DNA of 64,000 nucleotides from Candidatus Sumerlaeia bacterium. GTDB taxonomy: Bacteria; Sumerlaeota; Sumerlaeia; JADFCW01. Under the pieces are notes generated by a model that searched no databases, had not been told where the DNA came from, and was given only the letters and a program-made list of their open reading frames with translations. The position numbers were made by a program, and so were the translations under genes. Shown here in pieces: positions 48,779 to 60,200 of the stretch. How positions within the stretch are numbered: the stretch's first letter is position 1; the number at the start of each line of letters is the position of its first letter. Where the stretch lies: positions 49,399 to 113,398 of the forward strand of contig JAOAGV010000001.1 of the NCBI GenBank assembly GCA_026415575.1, written 5' to 3'.

Positions 48779-50299
48779 GTGAACCGCTTACCACATACAT
48801 CCTTCGGCGTCGGCGGCATCATCGCCTCTGCGGCGCTGCTGGCCTGCTTTTTGGCCCCGAGGGCAATGGCCGCACCCGATACAACGGCCGCTGCTTCTCC
48901 TGCAAAGACCACGGCCACGGTTGCGGCGACTTCGCCCACCCCCGCGGCTGTGACCGCCGCGTCCACCGCGCGCACCACGGCCACGCCGCCCCCACCGCTA
49001 TTCAGTTCCGGCGAGGGGAAGTCCTATGTGGTCGTCTCGGTGGACGGAGGCATGTTGAGCCAGCACGGAACCGTGGTGCTCAAGCGGGGGATAGATTTTG
49101 CGCGCAGCCGAAAAGCCTCGCTGGTTGTCCTGCGCATCCAGACGCCGGGCGGTCTGGTCAGCGTCATGCTCGGCATGCGCGATGCGCTGATTGAATGTCC
49201 GCTGCCAACGCTGAGTTTTGTGAACAAGGCCTATTCGGCCGGTTCGCTCCTCGCCTTGGCCACCGACCGGATCTATATGCACCCGATGGGGCACATCGGC
49301 GATGCCATCCCGATCCAGCTGGGATTGGGCGGGGCACAGGAAATGCAGGGCGACCTGAAGGAGAAAATTCTTGCGCCCATGCGCAAGGAGTTTGCGACAA
49401 CGGCCCGCTATAAGAAGCATCGCGAGGATTTGGCCATCGGCATGGTGGACCTCGACTACGAAATTCCGGGCCTCAAACCGAAAGGGCAGATTCTTGTGCT
49501 GGATGCCCCGACGGCGGTGCGCGAGGGCTTGGCGGTCAAGGTGGTCGAGACCATTGAGGAAGCCGTCGCCGACGCCGGCCTGACCGGCGCCACCCGTATA
49601 GACTATGAGCCGACGCGCGCCGACCGCCTCGCCAGTTTTCTCAGCAGCCCCATCGCTAACATGATTCTGATTATCGTGGTGATCGCCGCAATTGTCATCG
49701 AGGTCAAGACCCCTGGATTTGGCGTGGGCGGCATCGTGGCCCTCATCGCGTTGTTCCTTTTCTTCTGGGCGAACTGGTATGCCAATCTCGCCCACTGGCT
49801 GGAAATCCTGCTGTTCCTTTCCGGTGTGGGGCTGATGATCGCCGAACTGTCCATTCCGGGTTTTGGCGTGCTGGGTGTATCCGGCTTATTGTGTATTCTG
49901 GCCAGCCTGTTTCTGGCCATGTTTCGTTTCCCGCCCCAAGGGTTTGGATTCACGTATGACCGGATCGGGCCGGCCGTGCGCAACATGGCGTGGGCGTTGG
50001 TGCTGGGCGTGGGAGCACTGGCCCTGATTGCGGAAGCCTTGCGCCATTCGAGGTTGTGGCAAAAGATTTCTCTCGGCGACGAAATGGAAGCAAAGAAAGG
50101 TTTCGCCGGCGTGCCGGATTTGTCGCAGCTGGTCGGCCGCGAAGGCACCGTGTTGACCGATTTGCGGCCCGTGGGAACGGTGGTCGTCGGCGGCCGGCGG
50201 CTCGACGCCGTAACGCAGGGCGAATTCCTCGAACGCGGCACGCCGGTCAAAATCATTCGAATCGAAGGCGCGCAAGTGGTAGTGGAAAAGCAGGCATAA
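48779..50299 (+). CDS. NfeD-family membrane-bound serine protease (ClpP-class) with C-terminal NfeD OB-fold
   Basis: A ClpP-like domain (LVVLRIQTPGGLV, SAGSLLALA), then a multi-TM region and C-terminal VGREGTVLTDLRPVGTVVVGGRRLDAV...IIRIEGAQVVV. A GTG start at 48779 with AGAGGAG upstream is proposed. The ATG at 48656 is an alternative. Confidence 0.7.
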   Translation: MNRLPHTSFGVGGIIASAALLACFLAPRAMAAPDTTAAASPAKTTATVAATSPTPAAVTAASTARTTATPPPPLFSSGEGKSYVVVSVDGGMLSQHGTVVLKRGIDFARSRKASLVVLRIQTPGGLVSVMLGMRDALIECPLPTLSFVNKAYSAGSLLALATDRIYMHPMGHIGDAIPIQLGLGGAQEMQGDLKEKILAPMRKEFATTARYKKHREDLAIGMVDLDYEIPGLKPKGQILVLDAPTAVREGLAVKVVETIEEAVADAGLTGATRIDYEPTRADRLASFLSSPIANMILIIVVIAAIVIEVKTPGFGVGGIVALIALFLFFWANWYANLAHWLEILLFLSGVGLMIAELSIPGFGVLGVSGLLCILASLFLAMFRFPPQGFGFTYDRIGPAVRNMAWALVLGVGALALIAEALRHSRLWQKISLGDEMEAKKGFAGVPDLSQLVGREGTVLTDLRPVGTVVVGGRRLDAVTQGEFLERGTPVKIIRIEGAQVVVEKQA

Positions 50300-50408
50300 G
50301 AAATGAAGGATGAAGGATGAGGGATGACGGATTGGAGTTGTCCGTTCCGTCCATTTTCCCCCTCGTGTTCATGTCGCTTCTCTCTCCGTTCACGCAAAAG
50401 GTAGGACC

Positions 50409-50891
50409 ATGCTTACACTGATTCTCACCCTGCTGATTCTGGGATTGCTGCTTTTGCTGGCCGAAGTGTTTGTGCCGGGTCTGGTGTTGGGCATTGGCGG
50501 TTTCATTTTGTTGCCCATTGGCGTGGTCTTGTCGTTTCATCACTACGGCGCTGCAACGGGGTCGTGGGTTTTTGCAGGGACCGCCGTAGGCGTGCTGGCT
50601 GTCTTTGGTCTGGGCATGGCGATTTTCCCCCGCACACGTATGGGGCGGAAGGTTTTTCTCAGCGAGCGCGTGGTGGCAGGACCGACCGAGCAGGCCGCCG
50701 AACAGGAACGAAAACGCTTGATTGGCCTCGAGGGCAAAGCCATGACGGATTTGCGGCCGGCGGGAATTGGTCTGATCGAAGGCCGCCGCTGGGACGTAAT
50801 CACCGACGGCAGTTATATTACACAAGGCGAGCCGTTCTGTGTGGTGCGGGTGGAAGGGCCGAGTATCGTGGTCCGGCCAAAAGAAATGTAG
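50409..50891 (+). CDS. short NfeD-like protein (membrane anchor + OB-fold)
   Basis: An N-terminal hydrophobic region, then LIGLEGKAMTDLRPAGIGLIEGRRWDVITDGSYITQGEPFCVVRVEGPSIVV. Confidence 0.75.
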   Translation: MLTLILTLLILGLLLLLAEVFVPGLVLGIGGFILLPIGVVLSFHHYGAATGSWVFAGTAVGVLAVFGLGMAIFPRTRMGRKVFLSERVVAGPTEQAAEQERKRLIGLEGKAMTDLRPAGIGLIEGRRWDVITDGSYITQGEPFCVVRVEGPSIVVRPKEM

Positions 50892-50950
50892 AAGCCTCGA
50901 ATCGAACGACCCACTGAGGTGGGAATTACAAACCAAAGGAGGATCGAACA

Positions 50951-51970
50951 ATGCCAGAGTGGGACCAGATCGTTCCAGTTGCCGTGGTGGTGGCAATCAT
51001 CGCCTTGTTTTTGTTCCTCGCGTGGGCGGTGCCGTTGCGGTTGTGGATTGCCGCGATTGCCGCGCGGGTGCCCGTTAGTTTGTTGTCGCTCATTGGCATG
51101 CGGTTGCGGCGTGTCAACCCCCGCGCCATTATCGAGCCGCTTATTATGGCGCACAAGGCGGGGCTTCATCTGACCACCTCGATGCTCGAAGCGCACTATC
51201 TGGCCAACGGCCATGTGGACTTGGTCGTTCTTGCCCTCATTTCCGCCGACAAGGCAAAAATCCCGCTGACATGGGAACGGGCCACGGCCATTGATCTGGC
51301 CGGCCGCGACGTTTTTGACGCCGTGCAGCGCAGTGTCCTTCCCAAGGTCATTGACTGCCCCGATCCGGCCAAAGGGCCTTCGACCGTTGCCGCCGTTGCC
51401 AAAGATGGTATTCAGCTGAAAGCCAAGGCGCGCGTGACCGTGCGCTCCAACCTCGACCGCCTGATCGGCGGCGCCACCGAGGACACCATCATCGCGCGCG
51501 TGGGCGAAGGCATTGTCACCACGATCGGTTCGGCCGAAACGCACAAACAGGTGCTTGAAAACCCCGACCTGATTTCCAAGCGCGTGCTGCAAAAGGGCCT
51601 CGACGCCGGAACCGCCTTTGAGATTCTTTCGATTGACATTGCCGACGTGGACGTGGGCGAGAACATCGGCGCCAAACTCCAAATTGACCAGGCGCAAGCC
51701 GACAAACAAATCGCCCAAGCCCGCGCCGAGCGCCGCGCAGCCGAAGCCCGCGCCATCGAGCAGGAAAACCTCGCCAAGGTTCAGGAAATGCGCGCCCGAC
51801 TGGTTGAGGCCGAAGCCGAAGTGCCGCGCGCCATTGCCGAGGCTTTCCGTTCCGGCCGGCTGGGCATTATGGACTACTACATGCTGCGCAATATTCAGGC
51901 GGACACGCAGATGCGCCAGTCCATTGCCGGCGAGCCGGAGTCGCCGACACGGCCCAAAGGAGTCGTATAA
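50951..51970 (+). CDS. floA: flotillin-like protein FloA (SPFH domain)
   Basis: UPF0365/FloA signature: [28 protein letters not shown]...[10 protein letters not shown]. The C-terminal Ala/Glu-rich coiled-coil is present. Confidence 0.85.
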   Translation: MPEWDQIVPVAVVVAIIALFLFLAWAVPLRLWIAAIAARVPVSLLSLIGMRLRRVNPRAIIEPLIMAHKAGLHLTTSMLEAHYLANGHVDLVVLALISADKAKIPLTWERATAIDLAGRDVFDAVQRSVLPKVIDCPDPAKGPSTVAAVAKDGIQLKAKARVTVRSNLDRLIGGATEDTIIARVGEGIVTTIGSAETHKQVLENPDLISKRVLQKGLDAGTAFEILSIDIADVDVGENIGAKLQIDQAQADKQIAQARAERRAAEARAIEQENLAKVQEMRARLVEAEAEVPRAIAEAFRSGRLGIMDYYMLRNIQADTQMRQSIAGEPESPTRPKGVV

Positions 51971-51973
51971 ACG

Positions 51974-52654
51974 ATGGATGACTTGATTGTCCTCCTTATC
52001 TGGCTGGTGATCTTTGCCGGCGCCGGTATTTGGAAACTGCTGGCGAAACTTCTCGGCAGCGCCGAAGCCATCGGCAAAGCAGTGGAAGCGGGCAAGCAGT
52101 CGAAGGGGCTTCTCGACGTCCTGTTGAGCGGCGATCCGGACAAGGTGGCCGAGCTTCTTAAGGAACAAGCCGAAGCGAAGCCGCCGGCCGCCACGGTCGT
52201 CGAAGAAGCCGCCCCGCCATTGGCCAAAGCCGAAATGACACCGCGAATCGAGCGGCCCGCCCCGATGCGGCCCAAACCCGCTGCGGCCCCGCGGCGCGCT
52301 GCCGTGGAAACCGCCCCTGCGCGTCCGCCCCAAGCCGCGCCCGTCCGGCGGCTTCGCCGCGTTGCCGAGACCAAGGCTGCCGCGGGCCGTCCCCGCACAT
52401 GGGAGGAAGAAGAGGCACCGGGCGACGAGGAAGCCTTTGAGGGCGAAGGACCGGCGCGTACGTTGAGGCCGGTTGCCGTCCCTGCTGCCATTGCCCCCGC
52501 GGCTGCACAGCCACCTGTGCCGGCGCCTGTTCTCCAGCCCGTGGCTGCCAATGTACGCCAGTGGCTCAAGGGCGGCCGGCAAAGGCTGCAAGAGGCGTTC
52601 GTGATCAGCGAAATCCTTGGTCCTCCCAAAGCTCTGGCGCGTCGTGTGCGATAA
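51974..52654 (+). CDS. hypothetical membrane-anchored Pro/Ala-rich protein (YqfB-position gene)
   Basis: An N-terminal TM (LIVLLIWLVIFAGAGIW), then low-complexity PA-rich sequence. The start lies 4 nt after the floA stop. Confidence 0.45.
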   Translation: MDDLIVLLIWLVIFAGAGIWKLLAKLLGSAEAIGKAVEAGKQSKGLLDVLLSGDPDKVAELLKEQAEAKPPAATVVEEAAPPLAKAEMTPRIERPAPMRPKPAAAPRRAAVETAPARPPQAAPVRRLRRVAETKAAAGRPRTWEEEEAPGDEEAFEGEGPARTLRPVAVPAAIAPAAAQPPVPAPVLQPVAANVRQWLKGGRQRLQEAFVISEILGPPKALARRVR

Positions 52655-52762
52655 GGGCGGATCCGTCTTGCCGGGGCTGAGCGCTGCAGAAAGACGTTGC
52701 GCGCATTCCGCTGCTTGTGCAAACCCCAAAACAATTTCAGTCTAATGCACAAAGGTTGGTAA

Positions 52763-54214
52763 ATGTCCAGAAGCAGCAACACAAACAGCAAAACTGCCAT
52801 TGAGAATTCGGTCGTCCGTGAGAGCAATGAGACTGTTTTGGGCCTGACCCCGCGCGAAATTGTCGCCGAACTGGACCGCTATATCGTGGGGCAGACCGAG
52901 GCCAAGAAAATGGTGGCGATTGCTTTGCGCAATCGCGCCCGCCGCCGCAAACTCGAACCCTCGCTTCGCGACGAGGTCAATCCCAAGAACATTCTCATGA
53001 TTGGCCCGACGGGCTGCGGGAAAACTGAGATTGCGCGGCGACTTGCCCGATTAGCCGGCGCGCCGTTCCTCAAAGTCGAGGCAACCAAATACACCGAGGT
53101 CGGCTATGTCGGCCGCGACGTCGAAAGCATGATCCGCGATCTGGTGGACGTTGCCATCAACATGCTGCGCGAGGAGCGCCGCGCCGAGATTATCGAGACT
53201 GCACGCCGCCGGGCCGAAGACCGTGTCCTCAATCTGCTCCTGCCGCCGCGGCCGAGGGCGTCGCGCCGCCCCTCAGTAGAATCACCCGAATACGACCGCG
53301 ACGAGAACGAGGTGCTCACAGCCACCGAGCGATACAACCGCACGCGCGAAAAACTCCGCACGCAACTTCAACAGGGATTGCTTGACGACCGCATCGTCGA
53401 GGTGGAAATGCGCCGCTCGGGCTCGCCTGTTGTCGGCGGCATGATGATCGGCAATCCGGCGGAACTGGAAGTCGAGTTGCGCAACATGATGGACCGTCTG
53501 ATGCCGCAGCAGCCCAAGAAGGTCGAAATGTCGGTTCGCGAGGCCCGCGACTACTTCACTGATGAAGAAGCCGACCGGATGCTCGACATGGACAAGATTA
53601 TCCGCGAAGCGCTCAAACTCGCCCAGGAATCCGGCATCATCTTCGTGGACGAAATGGACAAGATCGCAGGCCGCCACGGCGGCACAGGCCCCGATGTCTC
53701 GCGCGAGGGCGTTCAGCGCGACATTCTCCCCATTGTCGAAGGCTCGACCGTCTTCACCAAATACGGCTTGGTCAACACCGAGCATATTCTCTTTATTGCG
53801 GCCGGTGCCTTTACCATCAGCAAACCGTCGGACCTCATCCCGGAGCTGCAGGGCCGCTTTCCCCTGCGCGTGCAACTCAAGCCGCTGACCGTCGAGGATT
53901 TCCGACGCATTCTGACCGAGCCGAAAAACGCCCTGACGCGGCAATATCGGGCGTTGCTGGCCACCGAAGGCGTTTCGGTTGAGTTCACCCCCGACGGCAT
54001 AGACGAAATCGCCCAGACGGCATTCCGCGCGAACGAGCAATCGGAGAACATCGGCGCCCGGCGGCTTTACACGGTCATGGAAAAGGTGACCGAGGACTTG
54101 TCCTTCAATGCGCCGGAACTGGCCGGCAGCAAAGTGGTAATTGACGCTGCTTACGTGCGCGCCCACGTCGGCGACATCGTCAAGAACGTGGACTTGAGCA
54201 AGTTTATTTTATAG
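52763..54214 (+). CDS. hslU: ATP-dependent protease ATPase subunit HslU
   Basis: [17 protein letters not shown]..., [15 protein letters not shown] (Walker A), [10 protein letters not shown] (Walker B). The N-terminal extension is uncertain. No hslV lies upstream. Confidence 0.9.
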   Translation: MSRSSNTNSKTAIENSVVRESNETVLGLTPREIVAELDRYIVGQTEAKKMVAIALRNRARRRKLEPSLRDEVNPKNILMIGPTGCGKTEIARRLARLAGAPFLKVEATKYTEVGYVGRDVESMIRDLVDVAINMLREERRAEIIETARRRAEDRVLNLLLPPRPRASRRPSVESPEYDRDENEVLTATERYNRTREKLRTQLQQGLLDDRIVEVEMRRSGSPVVGGMMIGNPAELEVELRNMMDRLMPQQPKKVEMSVREARDYFTDEEADRMLDMDKIIREALKLAQESGIIFVDEMDKIAGRHGGTGPDVSREGVQRDILPIVEGSTVFTKYGLVNTEHILFIAAGAFTISKPSDLIPELQGRFPLRVQLKPLTVEDFRRILTEPKNALTRQYRALLATEGVSVEFTPDGIDEIAQTAFRANEQSENIGARRLYTVMEKVTEDLSFNAPELAGSKVVIDAAYVRAHVGDIVKNVDLSKFIL

Positions 54215-54393
54215 CCCGCTTCTTGGAGCGTATTCCCTAAATTCGTTCGTTTCCGCTGGGGCAAACCATCCCCTATTCTTTGCTCTTTTGCCTTTTTGGG
54301 CGAGAAGCCAAAAGAAGAAACCTATTGAAAACGGGGCCTGCCTTCGGCATACACAACGCGGGTTTGGCGGGAAAACGATTTTTGCCGCCCGCG

Positions 54394-56061
54394 ATGGCGG
54401 ATTCGACAATCATGGCGCGAAAAGACCCCGACAATTTGAGCCTGTTTGACCGGCTGACCGAATGGCTGTGGGCAGACCATCACGACCGCCCGTGGTATGT
54501 GCGATGGCTGCTGGGCGAATTGCGCGTCTTCTACTTTGTTTTCAAAGGATTTGGCCAACATCAGTGTGCATTGCAGGCCAGCGCGCTGACCTTTGTTACC
54601 TTGCTGGCAATCGTGCCCATGCTGGCGCTGGGTCTGGCTATGAGCACAGGGCTGGGACTTCATCAGGCGCTGCGCGAACACTTGGGGGCGACGGGCTCGC
54701 AGCCGTCGCCGGCGCCCACTCGGGCAACCACGACAACCGTACCGGCAGTCGTGCCGCCTGCCTTGCCGGCATCCACAGCACCGACCAATCCAGCAAAAAC
54801 GCCACCTGTTGCCACGACCGCTACGCTGCTTGCCGGTCCGGCCACGACGGCGTCGGCGGGCCTTGTCAGCGTCCCACCCCCACAGGAAAGCCCTGCGGAG
54901 CGGAATTTTCTGGAACTCCTTCGGGATTCGCTGACCACGCAGTTGACGGCCGATCAGCGCGAGGTGCGCGACCGTATCCTCGACTATGTGCGGAAGACGA
55001 ATTTTTCGGCGCTGGGGGCGGTCGGCATTATCTTCCTGATTATTACGTCAATTTCAGCGCTGGGCACGATCGAGCACGTATTCAACCAGATTTGGCAGTT
55101 GCGGCGCGCGCGGTCGCTCCTGCGCAAATTCACCGATTATCTCAGCGTGGTGGTGATTTGTCCGCTGCTCTTTGCGGCAGCCATTGCCATGACGCCGACG
55201 ATCACGCGGAATGCCGTGCTGAACAAGTGGATGCACAGCCATGCCGCATCGCTGGCTTCGACATGGTTTGTCCATCTGGCGCCGTATCTGAGCGCGTGGA
55301 TTGCGCTGACGCTGTTGTATTGGTTTTTGCCGAACACGCGCGTCAAGTTGCGGTGTGCGCTGGCCGGCGGTTTCATTGCGGGGATCATCTGGCAGCTGGC
55401 CTTTTTGGCCTACACGAAGTTTCAGGCCGGCATGAACGCCTACAACGCCGTGTATTCGACTCTGGCGGCCCTGCCGTTTTTTCTGTCGTGGCTTTACACC
55501 AGTTGGCTGATCGTCTTGTTTGGGGCCGAGGTGGCCGCGGCTTATCAGAACGCCGAGACGTATGCGCGGAATCGCGTGACCTGCAAGGTCAGTCCGTCCG
55601 AGCGTCTGCGCGTCGGCCTCAACTTGGTTCTGGCAATCTGCTCGCGATTCCGCCGCGAGGAACCGCCGTGGACGGCGGACCATCTCAGCCGCTACTTGGA
55701 GTGTCCGGCCAGCCTGGCCGACGAGTTGCTGAGCGATCTGGCGCGCGCGAAGATCGTCATGCCGGTGGGCACGAGCCTGTTGCCGGCCTATCAACCCGCG
55801 GTGCCGCTGAACCATATTACGCCGGCCCGCGTGATTGAGGCCCTGCAAGAAGGCGAAGGGGAGGGGAGCATCGGAACGGCGACGCCCGAATCTATTTATG
55901 CAAAAACAATCATGGAGCAATGGCGGCAGGGATTGTGGCGCGATTTGGGGCATGTGGGCTTCGATGTGCTGGTCGAGGAACTGCCACCCAAGGGAAGTTC
56001 TGTGTTGGAACCCGCAAGTTCGCCGCCAAAATCCGAGCCTCCAAAACCGGAGACGAAGTAG
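54394..56061 (+). CDS. YihY/BrkB family membrane protein with Ala/Pro/Thr-rich insert and C-terminal extension
   Basis: ALTFVTLLAIVPMLAL...; WLIVLFGAEVAAAYQN is the YihY core. Confidence 0.7.
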   Translation: MADSTIMARKDPDNLSLFDRLTEWLWADHHDRPWYVRWLLGELRVFYFVFKGFGQHQCALQASALTFVTLLAIVPMLALGLAMSTGLGLHQALREHLGATGSQPSPAPTRATTTTVPAVVPPALPASTAPTNPAKTPPVATTATLLAGPATTASAGLVSVPPPQESPAERNFLELLRDSLTTQLTADQREVRDRILDYVRKTNFSALGAVGIIFLIITSISALGTIEHVFNQIWQLRRARSLLRKFTDYLSVVVICPLLFAAAIAMTPTITRNAVLNKWMHSHAASLASTWFVHLAPYLSAWIALTLLYWFLPNTRVKLRCALAGGFIAGIIWQLAFLAYTKFQAGMNAYNAVYSTLAALPFFLSWLYTSWLIVLFGAEVAAAYQNAETYARNRVTCKVSPSERLRVGLNLVLAICSRFRREEPPWTADHLSRYLECPASLADELLSDLARAKIVMPVGTSLLPAYQPAVPLNHITPARVIEALQEGEGEGSIGTATPESIYAKTIMEQWRQGLWRDLGHVGFDVLVEELPPKGSSVLEPASSPPKSEPPKPETK

Positions 56062-56154
56062 GCGTTCAAAGTGCATTCATATAAACCCGTGGTTTAGGCC
56101 TTTTTACACCGGTATCCAGTTTGGTTCAGTCACATAACACAGAGGAGGACCAAC

Positions 56155-57162
56155 ATGAACCGAAGGCAGTTGGCAATTGTCGGGTTTGCATATCTGGCCG
56201 GATTGGCCATGGGGGCAGCGCCACTTGTGCCCAACGGCTCGTTTGAGGATGGCACAACCACGCCGACCGGCTGGCGACTGTCCGGCGGCGTCGGCACATG
56301 GGAGACCGAGGGGCATACGGGCAAGCGCAGCGTCAGCGTGACGGGCGACGGGACAGGCAGCAACACGTGGATGTGTCCGGGCGTTGTGCTGACCGCGGGC
56401 AAGATCTATCAGATCGAGTTTTGGACCAAGTCGAGCGCCGACATTTCCGGCGAGTTTGTCATTTCGGGCACCAATGCCTGTAACTTCGACTGGGATGTGA
56501 AGGCACCGCAATGGGTCAAGCGCACAACGATTGCGCGTGTGCCGCCCGTTCAGCCGGAAAAGCAATTTATCCGCTTCGGCCACTGGCGGGCAAAAGGCAA
56601 GGTATGGTTTGACGACGTCAGCGTCCGCGAGATGACGGTTGAGTTCGCCGCGAAAGGCAAGATGGTTCTCGGTGGCGGCGAGAGTGTCGCCAACGGACAA
56701 TACACATTTGTCGCCCCGCTGAAAGAGGGAACAAACGTTTCGCGCCCGTTGCAGGAACCTTCGCCGGCGTTTGACAGCGACCGGTGGCGTCTGAGCGGCG
56801 ACGCGAAACTGTTGTTTGTCCATTCGGTCAGCGATCCTGACGGAAAGGCATGTCCGTTCAGTGAAGGGCGGATCAAGGCATCGGTCATCCATCACCGTTC
56901 AGGGGCGTGCGCGGTGGCCGTCAGCCGCGACGGCAAGGAGTGGGCGGAACTCGGCGAGATCGCCAAGGATGGCGAGGGCGAGTTTGCCCTGCCGCCGGCG
57001 CTCAGCGGGGCCGAAACTGTGTATGTTCAACTGATCCCCAAGAAGAAGGAAGGGGACACGCGCGCGCCGTCGCTCGAAGTCAACGGCTACGGGTTTTCCG
57101 CGCGGCTTGGACGCACACTCCCAGATATGAAAGGCGCGACCAAGTTTGTACCGGTGAAATGA
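56155..57162 (+). CDS. secreted CBM-like (carbohydrate-binding module 4/9-type) protein, paralog of N-terminus of next gene
   Basis: Signal peptide. PNGSFEDGTTTPTGWRLSGGVGTWE...YQIEFWTKSS...GHWRAKGKVWFDDVSV. Confidence 0.6.
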   Translation: MNRRQLAIVGFAYLAGLAMGAAPLVPNGSFEDGTTTPTGWRLSGGVGTWETEGHTGKRSVSVTGDGTGSNTWMCPGVVLTAGKIYQIEFWTKSSADISGEFVISGTNACNFDWDVKAPQWVKRTTIARVPPVQPEKQFIRFGHWRAKGKVWFDDVSVREMTVEFAAKGKMVLGGGESVANGQYTFVAPLKEGTNVSRPLQEPSPAFDSDRWRLSGDAKLLFVHSVSDPDGKACPFSEGRIKASVIHHRSGACAVAVSRDGKEWAELGEIAKDGEGEFALPPALSGAETVYVQLIPKKKEGDTRAPSLEVNGYGFSARLGRTLPDMKGATKFVPVK

Positions 57163-57282
57163 TTGCGCCCCTTCAAGGTTGTTTGGGTTTGGTTCAGTCC
57201 TATTTGGGTCATATACGAATCAGCCAGCTGAAGTTAGGACTGCAAACCTGAACCAAAGTCTGATTTGCAGGAGGGATGAGCC

Positions 57283-60200
57283 ATGCGTCGGCGAGTGGCG
57301 GGATGGTTTGTTGTTGCCCTATTGCTGGTGCGATTGGCACAGGGCAATATGAGCATTCCAAACCCTTCCTTCGAGGACGGCACCACTGCACCGTTGGGCT
57401 GGCGGCTTTCCGGCGGTGTCGGCCAATGGGAGAACGAAGGCCGCACCGGCGGGCGCTGCGTCAGCGTGACGGGCGATCGCAAGTCGTCGAACTTCTGGTC
57501 GTGCCCGGTGCCCTTTGAGCCCGGCAAAATCTACAAAGTTGAGTTCTGGACCAAATCGTCGCCCGACGCCGCGGGCGGCAACGTGATTGCCGCCGGCAGC
57601 CTCTGCAACTTCGACTTCCCTCATGCGCGCGAGTGGACCCGCCGCTCGATGGTCTTCCGCGTCCCCGACCGCTCCGACCGGCCGGTGCTTCGGCTGGGCC
57701 ACTGGCAGGCAAAAGGGAAGGTGTGGTTTGATGATGTCAAAGTTGCCGAAGTGCGTGCGGTTGAGGCCAATTTTCTGGAGCCGCCGGGTTTCCGCATTCC
57801 GCTCGCGGAAGGCGAACAACTTTCACGCACACAGTATGTGTTTGTTGCGCCCTTGAAACAGCGGATGAACTGGGCGCGGCCTTTGATGGCATGTAGTGCC
57901 GGATTCAACTCCAACCGTTGGCTTCTGGACGACGATGCCGAGATTGTTTTTCGCCATGACGGGATCTCGGCCGTATCGCGGGATAATCCCGATGATGTCA
58001 CGCAGTCACCGCTCATCCACAAGCGTGTCGAGGTGGACGTGGGCTACCATGTGAGCGGCCGTTGCGCGGTCGAGGCAAGTTCGGACGGAAAAGATTGGAC
58101 GCTCTTGGGCACACTGGAAGGCGTGAAGACCGCGGAGTTCCCCCTGCCCAAGAGCCTGGATGCGGCCGCGCATGTTTGGATTCGATTATCGGGCAGGAGG
58201 AACGACGGCGATAACCGACCGTGCTCGATGCAGATTCATGGCTACCGCTTTTCCGCTACTCTTGCCGGCCTCGATCTGGAATCTCGCCGCAAATCCATTG
58301 ATTCTGCCTTGGCTCCATTTCCGCAAAGGGAACACTCTCCCACACGGACAGGGGCTACGTTTATTGTGCAGGAATCGCGCCATTGGCCGGAGCAGGATGC
58401 TGCAGGCAAAGCCGCCCCTCCCGGCCGTCTTGTCCATGTGGGAGCGCCAGTACTTGGAGGGCGCAATCCCGTGGACTTCTTGATTAACACATCCCGATAC
58501 CGATTCGTCGCGATCCTGTCCGTTGATGGCAAAGAGCAGACCTATCCTAGCCCCAAGGATGTTGCGTATGACGCCGGGCGGCCGGGCGAGCATCAAGCCA
58601 AAGTTGTGCTCCTCGATGCGGCCACCAGCAAGCCCTTATACGAAGCCTCGTGGGACTATCGTATCCCGTCCTTGTATGATTCCGGTTTCGGATACGCGGT
58701 TCAATCGGGCGAGAATTGCGACCTGTGGTGGGCTGAAGCGCCCTACAAGATCAGCCGGCAATGTCCCCCGCCCCAAGCGCATCAGCCGATCGCCATTTCT
58801 GCGGCAAAAGGCGAGTATGAGCCGTTTCAATTGATTCTTTCGCCCAAGCGCAACCTGATGCGCGTGTCCGTCAAGGTGTTGGCACTGCAATCGGACAAGG
58901 GCGCAAAGATTCCCGCCGATGCAATCACCGTCTGCCGCGTCGGCTATGTTTTTGTCTCGTCTCCGACCGACGAAATCGGCTGTGCGGGCGACTGGCCCGA
59001 TCCGCTGCCGCCGTGCGACAAGCCGTTCGATCTGCGCGCCAGCGACGGCAATCAGCCACTGTGGATCACGGTCCGCGTCCCGCGCGATGCGGCGGCGGGC
59101 GATTATCGCGGCGCGATTGAACTTTCGGCCGAAGGCGGATGGAAGGCGTCGGTGCCCTTTACGCTTCACGTCTGGGACTTCGAGATACCCCGTGAAAATC
59201 ATCTCAAAACGGCCTTCGGGTTTTCGACCGGCAATGTGAGGCGTTATCATAATCTCAAAACGGAAGAAGAATGGCGGCAGGTGGTTGACCTTTATTTCAA
59301 AAACTTCGCCGAGCACCGAATCTCCCCCTACGACTTCGCGCCGTTTGATCCGATTGAGGTGCGCTTTCCCGAAGACCCAAGCGGCACGGTCAAACTCGAT
59401 TTCACGCGGTTCGACCGCCAAGCCGAAAAGTATCTCGGCCCCGACTACAGATTTACGACCTTTCGCTTGCCCCTTTCGGGTATGGGCGGCGGGACGTTTC
59501 ATTCACGCCAAACGGGCCGCATCGGCCGCTTCGAACAGGGGTCGCCCGAATACGAACGCCTCTTTGCCAGCTACGTGAAACAACTCGAATCGCACCTGCG
59601 CGAAAAAGGCTGGCTCGACAAGGCGTATATCTATTGGTTCGACGAACCGAATCCGAAGGACTACGAATTTGTTCGCAACGGTATGGAGCGCATTCATCGT
59701 GCCGCGCCCGGACTGCGCCGCATGTTGACCGAGCAGCCGGAAAAAGAATTGGACGGCGCCGTGGACATCTGGTGTCCGCTCACGCCGCACGTAACGCCCG
59801 AACTGGTGGCGCGCGAGGCCGAAAAAGGACGCGAAATGTGGTGGTATATCTGCACCGGCCCCAAAGGCCCCTATTGCACGCTGTTCATTGACCATCCGGC
59901 CATTGAGTTTCGCATGTGGTCGTGGCAGACGTGGAAGACCGGCGTGAAAGGACTGCTCATCTGGCAGAGCAATTACTGGACCAGCGACGCCGCCTATCCG
60001 CCGCCGCAATTTCAGAATCCGTGGGAAGACCCAATGTCCTATGTGAGCGGCTACGGCACTCCGCGCGGGACAAAAAAACACTGGGGCAACGGCGACGGCC
60101 GTTTCCTCTATCCGCCCAATCGCGATCCGATGAACGACAAGAGCACGTATCTCACGGGGCCGGTCAACTCCATCCGCTGGGAAATGCTGCGCGAGGGAAT

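Noticed and set aside
50813-52729. 638-aa minus-strand ORF
   Set aside because: It is antisense to the floA and PA-rich protein genes. It is Arg/Gly-rich and spurious.
52655-52762. hslV expected upstream of hslU
   Set aside because: Only a 108-bp spacer follows the PA-rich protein gene. No peptidase ORF is present on either strand.
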